Origin: Clostridia bacterium
GTDB taxonomy: Bacteria > Bacillota > Dehalobacteriia > UBA4068
Assembly: GCA_028709615.1 (NCBI GenBank)
Contig: JAQVWQ010000001.1
Span: forward strand, 1-50,563
DNA length: 50,563 nt
Direction of reading: 5' to 3'
This document shows, piece after piece, positions 18,398-26,626 of the stretch (positions are counted from its first letter, which is position 1; each line of letters opens with the position of its first letter). The notes beneath the pieces are model-generated. The model did not search any database and had not been told where the DNA came from. It saw only the letters and a list, made by a program, of their open reading frames with translations. The position numbers and the translations under genes were made by a program.

Positions 18398-19501
18398 TTA
18401 AGCCTTCAAAACCTTTCCGCCTTTAACAATAAACAAATGACCGCTTAAATCGGATCTTTGTTTCGTATCTGTGATAAAGGTCTGAATGTCCCTTTTTAAT
18501 AAAGACAATAAGCATTCCTGCCGGCCGCTGTCCAGCTCCGACATTACATCATCCAAAAGCAGCACGGGTTTTTCTCCTTTTTTCTGTTCAGCTAAAGCAA
18601 GTTCGGCCAACTTTAAAGCAATCGCACAACTTTTTTGCTGTCCTTGTGAGGCAAAATTACGCGCGGATTTTTGATTGATAAAAATAGACAAATCATCTCT
18701 GTGCGGTCCCAAAACACTCACCGCCGCTTTTTTTTCAATTATGATTTTATTTTTCAAAACCATAAAAAGAGCATCTTTGATTTCTTCCACTGTCATTTGC
18801 TGCATTTGGCTTTCAGGTAAAAAGCTTTCGTAACATAAATCAAGCTGCTCTTCTTGCGACAAAATACGATGTTTTTCTGCTGCAAAAACTTTTAACTCGG
18901 TTAAAACATCAAGCCTTTTTTTAATAATAATTGCACCAAGCTCTGAAAGCTGTTCGTTCCAAGGCTCAATTTCTTCATCATTAATTATTCTGGCTCTGCT
19001 TTCTTTCAGCAGAGTATTTTTTTGTTTTAATATTTTATTATATTTAATCAAAGTTTGACAAAACCCGTCATAAAGCTGCGACATTTGTCTGTTTAAAAAC
19101 TTTCTCCTGAGCTGCGGGCCTTCTTTGACCAGCAATAAATCCTCAGGAGAAAAAATTACAGTATGAAAAATACCGACTATATCGGCCAATCGGTTTTTCG
19201 CTTCTTTATTAATTTGCCAAATTTTTCGGCCTTGGCGTTGATAACCAACGCGTAAATCCAGCTTTTCAATTTTTTTTATCAGTTCACCGCATACAAAAAA
19301 ATAATCTTTATTCCAGCATAACAGTTCATTATCTTTTACTCCGCGAAAAGAACTGGTTAAGCTTAAATAAGCTATCGCCTCTAATAAATTTGATTTTCCC
19401 TGCGCGTTATCACCGCAAATCAGATTGAGCTCCGGATCAAACTCAATCAATTGATCTTCATAATTACGAAAATTATTGATACGCAAATTTTGTAAATACA
19501 A
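18398..19501 (-). CDS. recF: DNA replication and repair protein RecF
   Basis: Walker A GDNAQGKSNLLEA, the SMC-like signature and Walker B LLLDDV. Length is 367 aa, and it lies downstream of dnaN. Confidence 0.93.
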   Translation of the reverse strand: MYLQNLRINNFRNYEDQLIEFDPELNLICGDNAQGKSNLLEAIAYLSLTSSFRGVKDNELLCWNKDYFFVCGELIKKIEKLDLRVGYQRQGRKIWQINKEAKNRLADIVGIFHTVIFSPEDLLLVKEGPQLRRKFLNRQMSQLYDGFCQTLIKYNKILKQKNTLLKESRARIINDEEIEPWNEQLSELGAIIIKKRLDVLTELKVFAAEKHRILSQEEQLDLCYESFLPESQMQQMTVEEIKDALFMVLKNKIIIEKKAAVSVLGPHRDDLSIFINQKSARNFASQGQQKSCAIALKLAELALAEQKKGEKPVLLLDDVMSELDSGRQECLLSLLKRDIQTFITDTKQRSDLSGHLFIVKGGKVLKA

Positions 19502-19515
19502 AAATAACTCTCCCG

Positions 19516-20649
19516 TTAATTAATTGTTCTGACAGGTAAAATCAAATATAAAAAATTACTGATTCCTTCTTCGTCAACTAAAGGTTCAATAATTGCCGGT
19601 GTAGTCGGTCCTGTCATTTTCATTAATATTTCGTCTTCATCAATAACCTTTAAAGCATCGGCCAAATAACGGGCATTATATGAAGACTGCATTTCTTCGC
19701 CTTCTAAATTTATGGCAAAATCATCTTTAGTACGGCCTATATCAGGAACAACTGCGCTTAAATTTAAATTGTTTTCACTAAATTTCAGTGTCATAATACT
19801 GGTTTTATTGCGGCTGGCTTCTCTGTTTAACAATAAACCCTTTTCTAAAGCAGCCAGCATTTTTTGTCTGTTAATCACAATATTGTTCTTAAAAAGATTT
19901 TGTGCCGGCAATACCTGACGATAAGGAGGATACTGACCGCTGATAATTCTGGTTGTAAGTATAATATTCAATATTTTAAAATACACCTGATTTTTACTGA
20001 TAATAATCTCTATTAATTCTTCAACACCTGCCAGCATTCTTAAAACTTCCTGCATGGTTCTGCTTGGTAAAATAACCATACCTTGACCATCACCTGCAAA
20101 AACTGCCGAACCCAACGCCAATCTATGCGTGTCAGTGGCTATCATATTAACTTGATTTTTTTCAATTTCCACCAAGATACCCGAAAAAATCTGTCTGACT
20201 TCATCATTGGAAATTCCTATACTAACCTGTTTAATTAATTTTCTCAATGCCTTAGCGCTTATTTTACCGGAAATCTCTCCGCTGGTATTTTGCGGCATAG
20301 CAGGAAAATCAGCCGGGTCCAAACAGCGAATTAAAGTTTCGGAGCTGTTATCCTTAACAATTAATTGTTCAGGTTGATAGCTTTCTAAAATAATTGGTAC
20401 ATCTGATAAGATTTTTACCAAATCATTAAAATAACGACCGGGAACTACTATTTCACCTGCTTCTTCTACTTCACAAAATACAGAAACCTCAATAGCTATT
20501 TCTTGATCGGTAGCTTTAAAGGTTAAAGAATTATTTTCGGCTTTCAAATAGATACCGCTTAAAATAGGCAATTCATTTTTTGATGAAACAGCGCGGGATG
20601 CAGTTTGAACTCCGTAAAGTAAATCTTCTTTGCGGCAAATTATTTTCAT
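19516..20649 (-). CDS. dnaN: DNA polymerase III beta sliding clamp DnaN
   Basis: 377 aa with the typical three-domain clamp sequence and a position immediately after dnaA. Confidence 0.93.
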   Translation of the reverse strand: MKIICRKEDLLYGVQTASRAVSSKNELPILSGIYLKAENNSLTFKATDQEIAIEVSVFCEVEEAGEIVVPGRYFNDLVKILSDVPIILESYQPEQLIVKDNSSETLIRCLDPADFPAMPQNTSGEISGKISAKALRKLIKQVSIGISNDEVRQIFSGILVEIEKNQVNMIATDTHRLALGSAVFAGDGQGMVILPSRTMQEVLRMLAGVEELIEIIISKNQVYFKILNIILTTRIISGQYPPYRQVLPAQNLFKNNIVINRQKMLAALEKGLLLNREASRNKTSIMTLKFSENNLNLSAVVPDIGRTKDDFAINLEGEEMQSSYNARYLADALKVIDEDEILMKMTGPTTPAIIEPLVDEEGISNFLYLILPVRTIN

Positions 20650-20689
20650 AAAGTCAAGCCTCCGATCATAATATTAATAATTTGTTTAA

Positions 20690-20729
20690 AAGTAGTAATA
20701 GTAATAAGTGATATTGATAATTGGGATAA
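20690..20729 (-). other. oriC downstream module: two tandem DnaA boxes, a 4-bp spacer and a DnaA-trio-like array
   Basis: The minus strand reads TTATCCCAA TTATCAATA TCAC TTA TTA CTA TTA CTA CTT. On the plus strand this is 3'-AAT AAT GAT AAT GAT GAA-5', matching the 3'-(G/A)AT-5' trio rule. An AT-rich tract continues to the dnaN RBS. Confidence 0.55.
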
Positions 20730-20775
20730 AACACTTTATAAGCAGTAACAGCTATAAAAAGCATTATAACAATAG

Positions 20776-20784
20776 TGTTGATAA
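20776..20784 (+). promoter_or_regulatory. DnaA box with one mismatch (TGTTGATAA)
   Basis: One mismatch to TGTGGATAA. It lies in the very AT-rich dnaA-dnaN spacer. Confidence 0.4.
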
Positions 20785-20871
20785 CATCTAAATTTATTAA
20801 CAGTATTTAACAATTTAAAAAAAATCGACAATTTTTTTCAACAGTTTTTTGTAAACAAATTAATAAAGTGT

Positions 20872-22221
20872 TTATAAATTTATGTAAAACTTTTCACTGA
20901 TATTTTCGTTTAAGAGCTTTAAATCATTAATCAGTTGATGATCGGTTTTTTTAGTGTCATTGATTTTTTTATAGGCATGCATAGCTGTGGAATGATCACG
21001 GCCTCCAAAATCATTTCCTATTTTAGGAAAAGAAATATCCAGCAGCTCGCGGCATAAAAACATTGCTATTTGCCTGGGGTAAGAAATATCGCGATCGCGT
21101 TTTTGGCCTATCATTTCAGAAAGAGAGATATTAAAAAATTCACAAACTGTTTTTTGAATATGTTCAATATTCAACGGTGGTTTTTTATTTTTTGGTAAAA
21201 TATCCTTTAAAGCAATTTCAGTGTCAGCCAAAGTAATTTTTTCAATTTTATTTAATATAGAATAATAAATAATTTTATTCAATACGCCTTCCAGCTCTCT
21301 GATGTTTGAGCTGATTTTATCGGCAATAAAAAAGATTACATCGTCAGGAATTTCAGCGTTATCACTGGCAGCCTTATGCTGCAAAATAGCGCAGCGTGTT
21401 TCAAAATCCGGAGGCTGAATATCGGTTATCAGACCCCACTCAAAACGAGATCGTAAGCGTTCATCCAATGCTTCAATTTCTTTTGGCGGACGATCACAAG
21501 AAATAACGATTTGTTTGCCGTATTCATGTAAAGTATTAAAAGTATGAAAAAATTCCTCCTGTGTTTCTTTTTTATTTGATAGAAATTGGATATCATCAAT
21601 TAAAAAAATATCGGCGTTACGATAACGAACTTTAAAAGCATGTGCTTGCTGTGTTCTGATAGAATAAATAAATTCATTAACAAAGCTTTCGGTAGAAACA
21701 TAGGCAACATTGGCATTATGATCTTTTTTAAGCAGCTTTTGAGCAATAGCATGCATTAAATGTGTTTTACCAAGGCCGGAATCCCCGTAAATAAATAAAG
21801 GATTATAGGTTCTGGCAGGTCTTTCTGAAACAGCCATTGCTGCGGCGTGAGCAAAACGGTTAGAGTTTCCCACTACAAAACTCTCAAAAGTATAACGAGG
21901 ATTAAAACGAGCCAAAGGGTCATTAATAGCATTATTGGAAATAGTTTCTTCAGGTGTCGGCAAGCCGCCTTCATCGGTTATAAAAACAACAGAAAATTGT
22001 TCTCCTTTAACAGTAAACAGGCAATCTTCAATTTTTTGCCGATAATTTTCTTCCATATATTCTTGAGCAAAACGGTCGGCAACGGTAATATAAACACAAT
22101 CTCCTTGACGATTAAAGCGATTTATCGGTTCAAACCAGCGGCGATAACTGTCCGGACGCACATTTTCTTTTAATATGTTTAAGGCAGCCGTCCATAAGCT
22201 GTCAACAGAAGAATTATCCAC
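20872..22221 (-). CDS. dnaA: Chromosomal replication initiator DnaA
   Basis: 449 aa with Walker A GDSGLGKTHL, the AAA+ box VII and a C-terminal DnaA-box-binding domain (..HSTAMHAYKKI..). It uses a GTG start at 22221. Confidence 0.95.
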   Translation of the reverse strand: MDNSSVDSLWTAALNILKENVRPDSYRRWFEPINRFNRQGDCVYITVADRFAQEYMEENYRQKIEDCLFTVKGEQFSVVFITDEGGLPTPEETISNNAINDPLARFNPRYTFESFVVGNSNRFAHAAAMAVSERPARTYNPLFIYGDSGLGKTHLMHAIAQKLLKKDHNANVAYVSTESFVNEFIYSIRTQQAHAFKVRYRNADIFLIDDIQFLSNKKETQEEFFHTFNTLHEYGKQIVISCDRPPKEIEALDERLRSRFEWGLITDIQPPDFETRCAILQHKAASDNAEIPDDVIFFIADKISSNIRELEGVLNKIIYYSILNKIEKITLADTEIALKDILPKNKKPPLNIEHIQKTVCEFFNISLSEMIGQKRDRDISYPRQIAMFLCRELLDISFPKIGNDFGGRDHSTAMHAYKKINDTKKTDHQLINDLKLLNENISEKFYINL

Positions 22222-22298
22222 AGAAATTCAGCCCCAATCTAACAGTAATAATAAAAAGTTATCCACAGTTAATGGAGATGTATTTTTAGTTATCCACA
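22214..22298 (+). promoter_or_regulatory. oriC upstream module: three perfect DnaA boxes (TTATCCACA) in the same orientation
   Basis: Perfect 9-mers at 22214-22222, 22259-22267 and 22290-22298. The first contains the dnaA GTG start codon. Confidence 0.85.
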
Positions 22299-22395
22299 AA
22301 AAATAATCAATTTTAACCGCATTAAGTCTTTACATCATACCATATTTACCTAACCTTTTCAAGAAAAAACAATCTCGCCAAACAAGATATTTTCG

Positions 22396-22424
22396 TTGAC
22401 AATTAAAGTAAATTAAGATATAAT
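22396..22424 (+). promoter_or_regulatory. Consensus sigma-A promoter for rpmH-rnpA (TTGACA-17-TATAAT)
   Basis: Perfect -35 at 22396-22401, a 17-nt spacer and a perfect -10 at 22419-22424. Confidence 0.75.
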
Positions 22425-22535
22425 TGCTCTATTAAAATGGAATGTTATGAAAAATTTTAAATTTAACGGTAATTTAGTTTTTAAAACCGTTACCGTTAGA
22501 ATATAAACATTATAAAAGGAGGATAGTTTAAAAAA

Positions 22536-22673
22536 ATGACTAAAAGAACTTATCAACCCAAAAAGAGAGTGCATAAAACCGTTCACGGTTTTCTTTCTCG
22601 TATGAGCACTAAAAACGGCCGCAGAGTTATTAAAGCTCGCAGAGCCAAGGGCAGAAAATCCCTTTCCGTCTAA
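22536..22673 (+). CDS. rpmH: 50S ribosomal protein L34
   Basis: 45-aa ORF below the ORF-track cutoff: [45 protein letters not shown]. It has an AAGGAGG RBS and the conserved position before rnpA. Confidence 0.95.
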   Translation: MTKRTYQPKKRVHKTVHGFLSRMSTKNGRRVIKARRAKGRKSLSV

Positions 22674-22674
22674 A

Positions 22675-23013
22675 ATGCTGCCCCGCACCTATCGTTTAAA
22701 AGATAAAAATGATTTTCGTAAGGTGTATCAAAGGGGAAAGTCAGCGGCTTACCCTTATTTTGTTTTGTATTACAAAACAAATAATCTGAAGCAAAGCCGA
22801 ATAGGCTTTTCTGTTTCTAAAAAAGTCGGAAAAGCAACAGTTCGTAATCGTATTAAAAGGCAGTTGCGCGAACTTTGTCGCCAAAAACTGCAATTCTTTC
22901 CGGGCGGGAAAGATTACATCATTATTGTCAGGAGCAGAGCTCTTGGCGCAAGTTTTGCACAGCTTTCTGAACAAATGGATAAGGCGCTTATTCATTTAAA
23001 GCAAAACAGTTAA
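22675..23013 (+). CDS. rnpA: Ribonuclease P protein component RnpA
   Basis: 112 aa, basic, with the RNR motif region ([14 protein letters not shown]). It starts 1 nt after the rpmH stop. Confidence 0.92.
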   Translation: MLPRTYRLKDKNDFRKVYQRGKSAAYPYFVLYYKTNNLKQSRIGFSVSKKVGKATVRNRIKRQLRELCRQKLQFFPGGKDYIIIVRSRALGASFAQLSEQMDKALIHLKQNS

Positions 23014-23032
23014 CACTGCTTGTGATAAAAAT

Positions 23033-23266
23033 ATGAAAAAAATTTTAATTGTTATAATCCGGTTTTATCAAAAAGCAATATCGCCTTTTTTAGGAAAAAA
23101 CTGCCGATTTATTCCTACCTGTTCACAATATGCGCTGGAAGCAATTAACAGATATGGTGCCTTGCGCGGTGGTTGGCTCGGTTTAAAAAGAATATGCCGC
23201 TGCCACCCATGGGGAAAATTCGGTTATGATCCGGTACCGGATTTATCAAAAAACAAAAAACATTAA
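23033..23266 (+). CDS. yidD: Membrane protein insertion efficiency factor YidD
   Basis: 77 aa with the conserved [11 protein letters not shown] and RCHPW motifs. Confidence 0.92.
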   Translation: MKKILIVIIRFYQKAISPFLGKNCRFIPTCSQYALEAINRYGALRGGWLGLKRICRCHPWGKFGYDPVPDLSKNKKH

Positions 23267-23313
23267 TAATAGCCTAAAAACAGCTGTTTGCTGCTAAAGA
23301 ATCATAACAAGGA

Positions 23314-24258
23314 GTGAAAAAATTGCCCGATATAACCGCTTTTTCGTTAATTGCCGCCATTGATATTTGGGGATCAGTCCTCAATTTTATGGCTATGTGT
23401 TTGGAAGGGCTGTATAAATTTACTGCTGTTTTGCATATACCTAGTTATGCAATAGCAATTTGTATTTTAGCGTTAATAATAAAAGTTTTGCTCTATCCTT
23501 TAATGAAAAAACAAATGCGCTCTATGCGCGAAATGCAAAAAGTTCAGCCGTTAATGAACGAAATTAACGAAAAATACAAAAACAATCCGCAAAAAAAGCA
23601 AGAGGAAATGCTTAAGGTTTATCAAAAATATAAAGTAAACCCTGCGGCGGGCTGCCTGCCCTTATTAATTCAAATGCCGATTTTAATCGCCATTTTTCAA
23701 ATGCTGCGTAATTTTGAACCCGCTAATCCCGATGCGTACCGCTTTTTTTGGATACCGGATCTTTCGTCCCAGGATCCGACGGGCATAGTATTGCCGGTAA
23801 TAGTTGTTATTACATCCTTGGCTCAGCAATATGTTAATACCACAAATAAAAAAGATCCGACGCAAAAGGCAATGTTGATCACCATGCCGCTGATGATGGG
23901 CTTTTTTGCCCGTACTATGCCGGCCGGTCTTGGTATTTATTGGGCCATGATCAGTATTTTGGGTGCTCTGCAGCAAATCTTCTTTAATGAAAAAGGCAAA
24001 AAAGAAGATGAAAAAATCGAGCTTACCGAAGAGGCGGAAAAACAGGCTAAAAAAGAAAAAAAAGCCGAGGCTATTGCTCGTTCAAAGGAAGAAAAAGCTC
24101 TGGCAACACAAAAAAGAATTGCAGCGGCAAATGCCAATGCTCCTTTAAACGCGCAAGGTAAAAAGAAAAAAGTGGTTATCGGTCCCGATGGCCAGCCTTT
24201 AAAAAGAAAAATAGAAAAAACCCCCAATACTGATAATACCGATAATAAAAATAATTAG
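23314..24258 (+). CDS. yidC: Membrane protein insertase YidC/SpoIIIJ family with a long Lys-rich C-terminal tail
   Basis: Conserved YidC core (..NPAAGCLPLLIQMPILIA.., ..PAGLGIYW..). The true start may be the in-frame TTG at 23323, 8 nt after AAGGAG. Confidence 0.9.
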   Translation: MKKLPDITAFSLIAAIDIWGSVLNFMAMCLEGLYKFTAVLHIPSYAIAICILALIIKVLLYPLMKKQMRSMREMQKVQPLMNEINEKYKNNPQKKQEEMLKVYQKYKVNPAAGCLPLLIQMPILIAIFQMLRNFEPANPDAYRFFWIPDLSSQDPTGIVLPVIVVITSLAQQYVNTTNKKDPTQKAMLITMPLMMGFFARTMPAGLGIYWAMISILGALQQIFFNEKGKKEDEKIELTEEAEKQAKKEKKAEAIARSKEEKALATQKRIAAANANAPLNAQGKKKKVVIGPDGQPLKRKIEKTPNTDNTDNKNN

Positions 24259-24282
24259 GCCCCGTATTTAAGGAGGACAATA

Positions 24283-25131
24283 ATGGAGAAAATATTTGAA
24301 GCCAGCGGAAAAACCGTTGAAGAAGCTTTGGATGCCGCTTGTGCTCTGGCCGGCGTCGGTCTTAACGAAGCCGAGGTCGAAGTATTGGAAGTAGGCAGCA
24401 AGGGCATTTTCGGTATCGGCGGTAAAGATGCGCGCGTTCGCTTAATCGTTAATGCCAAAGGTGAAGAACCAATTCGTCCGACTATCACAAAAGTAGAATC
24501 AAAGTTACCCGAAGCTGCTCGCACTGCTGATAAAAAACCTTTAAAAGCACAAGATAAACCTTATTTTGTAAAAAGTGAAAGCAAAATAATAACCGATGCG
24601 GCTATGCCTGCCGAAAAGCCCGTTTCCGCGGAGCCGGAAGTCATATTATCTCAAGAAGAAGTAAATCAGGCTTCTGCTAAAGCCCTCGGGTTTTTAGAGC
24701 CGATTTTTGCAAAAATGCAGGTAGCTCCCGAGCATAGCGTACAATACCGTGAAGGGCTGGTTATCGTTTCCTTTAGTGGCGAAAACCTTGGCGTATTAAT
24801 CGGTCGTCGCGGAGAAACCCTTAATGCTTTACAATATCTTGTTAATCTTTATGTCAATAAAACCTCTAAGCAACATACAAGAATGGTCTTGGATGTCGAA
24901 AACTATCGGGCCAGCAGGGAGGAAACACTTGTTGCTTTAGCCCGAAAAATGGCCGAAAAAGCCGTACGAACGGGTCGCCGTGTAGAGCTGGAGCCAATGA
25001 ATCCCCACGAAAGAAGGATAGTCCATATTTCCTTACAAGAAGATAATCGCGTGGAAACCATCAGTCGCGGAGAAGAGCCTTACCGTCGAGTTGTTATAGT
25101 AAAAAAGGGCGGCCGCTCTTACCGCAGATAA
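24283..25131 (+). CDS. jag: Jag/KhpB RNA-binding protein (Jag_N, KH and R3H domains)
   Basis: The N-terminal Jag_N domain carries a GIFGIGGK motif. KH-like and R3H domains follow (NPHERRIVHISLQ). Length is 282 aa, with an extended linker. Confidence 0.88.
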   Translation: MEKIFEASGKTVEEALDAACALAGVGLNEAEVEVLEVGSKGIFGIGGKDARVRLIVNAKGEEPIRPTITKVESKLPEAARTADKKPLKAQDKPYFVKSESKIITDAAMPAEKPVSAEPEVILSQEEVNQASAKALGFLEPIFAKMQVAPEHSVQYREGLVIVSFSGENLGVLIGRRGETLNALQYLVNLYVNKTSKQHTRMVLDVENYRASREETLVALARKMAEKAVRTGRRVELEPMNPHERRIVHISLQEDNRVETISRGEEPYRRVVIVKKGGRSYRR

Positions 25132-25153
25132 AATAAGTAACTCAAACAGCCCA

Positions 25154-25192
25154 AGCAGGGCGGACTTTTCCCCGTCCGCCCTGCTTTTTTTA
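25154..25192 (+). terminator. Strong rho-independent terminator between jag and mnmE
   Basis: 12-bp perfect GC-rich stem agcagggcggac/gtccgccctgct, an 8-nt loop and a T7 run. Confidence 0.8.
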
Positions 25193-25209
25193 TCTTTAAG
25201 GAGCAGCTT

Positions 25210-26595
25210 ATGGCACAAAATCGTAACCTACAAACAATAGCGGCAATTGCTACACCGGCGGGAAGCGGCGGTTTAGCGGTAATACGGATCAGCGGCAGCG
25301 AAGCGGCGGCAGTTTTGTCGCGGATTTTTTTGCCTATGGCAGAAAAATTACCGCAAGCTGATCCCCGACGGATGCTTTTGGGAAAAATTATCGAACCGCA
25401 GACAAAAAAACTAATTGATGAGGGCTTGGCCGTATTTTTTGCGGCGCCAGCTTCTTTTACCACAGAGGATGTGGCCGAGCTGCACTGTCATGGCGGTGCT
25501 TTTGTGGCAGCAGCGGTATTAAAAGCAGCCTTGGCCGCCGGAGCGGTTTTGGCTAAACCGGGTGAATTTACTTTAAGGGCATTTTTGGGCGGCCGTCTGG
25601 ATTTGGTGCAGGCCGAGGCAATACGAGATATAATCGAAGCCAAAAGCTTACAAGCGCTTGCCGTATCTCAAAATCAGCTTGCAGGCCACTTATCTGAACA
25701 AATTAATCTTTTGGAGGACGAGCTTTTGCAGCTATTGGCAGAAATTGCCGCGGGTGTGGACTTTCCCGAGGATATTGATTTGCTGTCCAACGAGCAAATC
25801 GATCAACGGCTTGCGCTTGTAAATAACAGCATTAACGAGCTGCTTAAAGATGCAGAAATGGGCAGGCTATTAAAAGAAGGCGTATCCTGCGCTTTATTAG
25901 GCGCGGTCAATGTCGGCAAATCAAGCTTACTCAATGCTTTGCTGCAGGAAGAGCGGGTTATTGTCACCGCTTCACCCGGCACGACCCGCGACATAGTCGA
26001 GGAAGGATTTTTATTATCAGGCATTAAAGTGGTTTTAGCGGATACCGCAGGCTTGCGCGTTGCCAAAGAGGAGGCGGAGCAGATCGGCATAGAAAAAAGC
26101 CGTAAAAAAGCAGCTGAAGCTGAGTTGCTCTTATTGGTTTTTGATGCAACCCGCCCCCTTGGCGAGCAGGATAAGGAGCTGTTGTCCTTAGCTCAAGGCA
26201 AAAAAGCGCTGATAATTATCAATAAATGCGACTTTGCTGATAACGAAGAACTGGCCGGGCAAATAAAACAACCGGCGCCCCAAATACCTATAATGTTTGT
26301 TTCGGCAAAAACAGGACGGGGCTTATCCGAGTTAAAAGCAAAAATGACAGAAATCATTTTAGGAGGCGTTTATAACGCCGAACCAAAAATCAACAACCTG
26401 CGCCATCAAGAAGCTTTGCTTGCCGCTTCCTTTTATATTTCGCAGGCGCAGGAAACCTTACAGCAAAACCTTCCCGCTGATTTGGCGGCGGTAGATATTC
26501 TCAGCGCCCGCAATGCTTTGGGAGAAATCAGCGGCCGTACTGCTTCCGCCGATATTATCGAAAAAATCTTTGCCACATTCTGTTTGGGAAAATAA
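25210..26595 (+). CDS. mnmE: tRNA modification GTPase MnmE (TrmE)
   Basis: 461 aa with the G1 motif GAVNVGKSSLLN, DTAG and NKCD motifs, and the C-terminal CLGK tetrapeptide. Confidence 0.94.
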   Translation: MAQNRNLQTIAAIATPAGSGGLAVIRISGSEAAAVLSRIFLPMAEKLPQADPRRMLLGKIIEPQTKKLIDEGLAVFFAAPASFTTEDVAELHCHGGAFVAAAVLKAALAAGAVLAKPGEFTLRAFLGGRLDLVQAEAIRDIIEAKSLQALAVSQNQLAGHLSEQINLLEDELLQLLAEIAAGVDFPEDIDLLSNEQIDQRLALVNNSINELLKDAEMGRLLKEGVSCALLGAVNVGKSSLLNALLQEERVIVTASPGTTRDIVEEGFLLSGIKVVLADTAGLRVAKEEAEQIGIEKSRKKAAEAELLLLVFDATRPLGEQDKELLSLAQGKKALIIINKCDFADNEELAGQIKQPAPQIPIMFVSAKTGRGLSELKAKMTEIILGGVYNAEPKINNLRHQEALLAASFYISQAQETLQQNLPADLAAVDILSARNALGEISGRTASADIIEKIFATFCLGK

Positions 26596-26611
26596 TGTTT
26601 CCCGTGAAACA
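26596..26611. promoter_or_regulatory. parS centromere-like site (TGTTTCCCGTGAAACA)
   Basis: 15 of 16 positions match the palindromic parS consensus TGTTTCACGTGAAACA. It begins directly after the mnmE stop codon. Confidence 0.75.
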
Positions 26612-26626
26612 CAAGGAGTAATCATA

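Noticed and set aside
22456-22498. Inverted repeat AACGGTAA...TTACCGTT in the rpmH 5' UTR
   Set aside because: It is only an 8-bp stem in very AT-rich DNA, and no functional inference is possible from sequence alone. It could equally be part of oriC flanking DNA or a leader structure.
22413-22688. 91-aa minus-strand ORF across the rpmH locus
   Set aside because: It lies antisense to the unmistakable L34 gene (22536-22673) and its consensus promoter, and it has no RBS. The ORF track missed rpmH only because it is shorter than 60 aa.
26513-26626. N-terminal extensions suggested by the ORF track for mnmG, and likewise 7727-7876 for MATE, 41033-41077, 42129-42173, 44490-44552, 5907-5954 and 11774-11800
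   Set aside because: In each case an internal start codon with a proper Shine-Dalgarno sequence yields the canonical family N-terminus. The extension would overlap the upstream gene or regulatory DNA.
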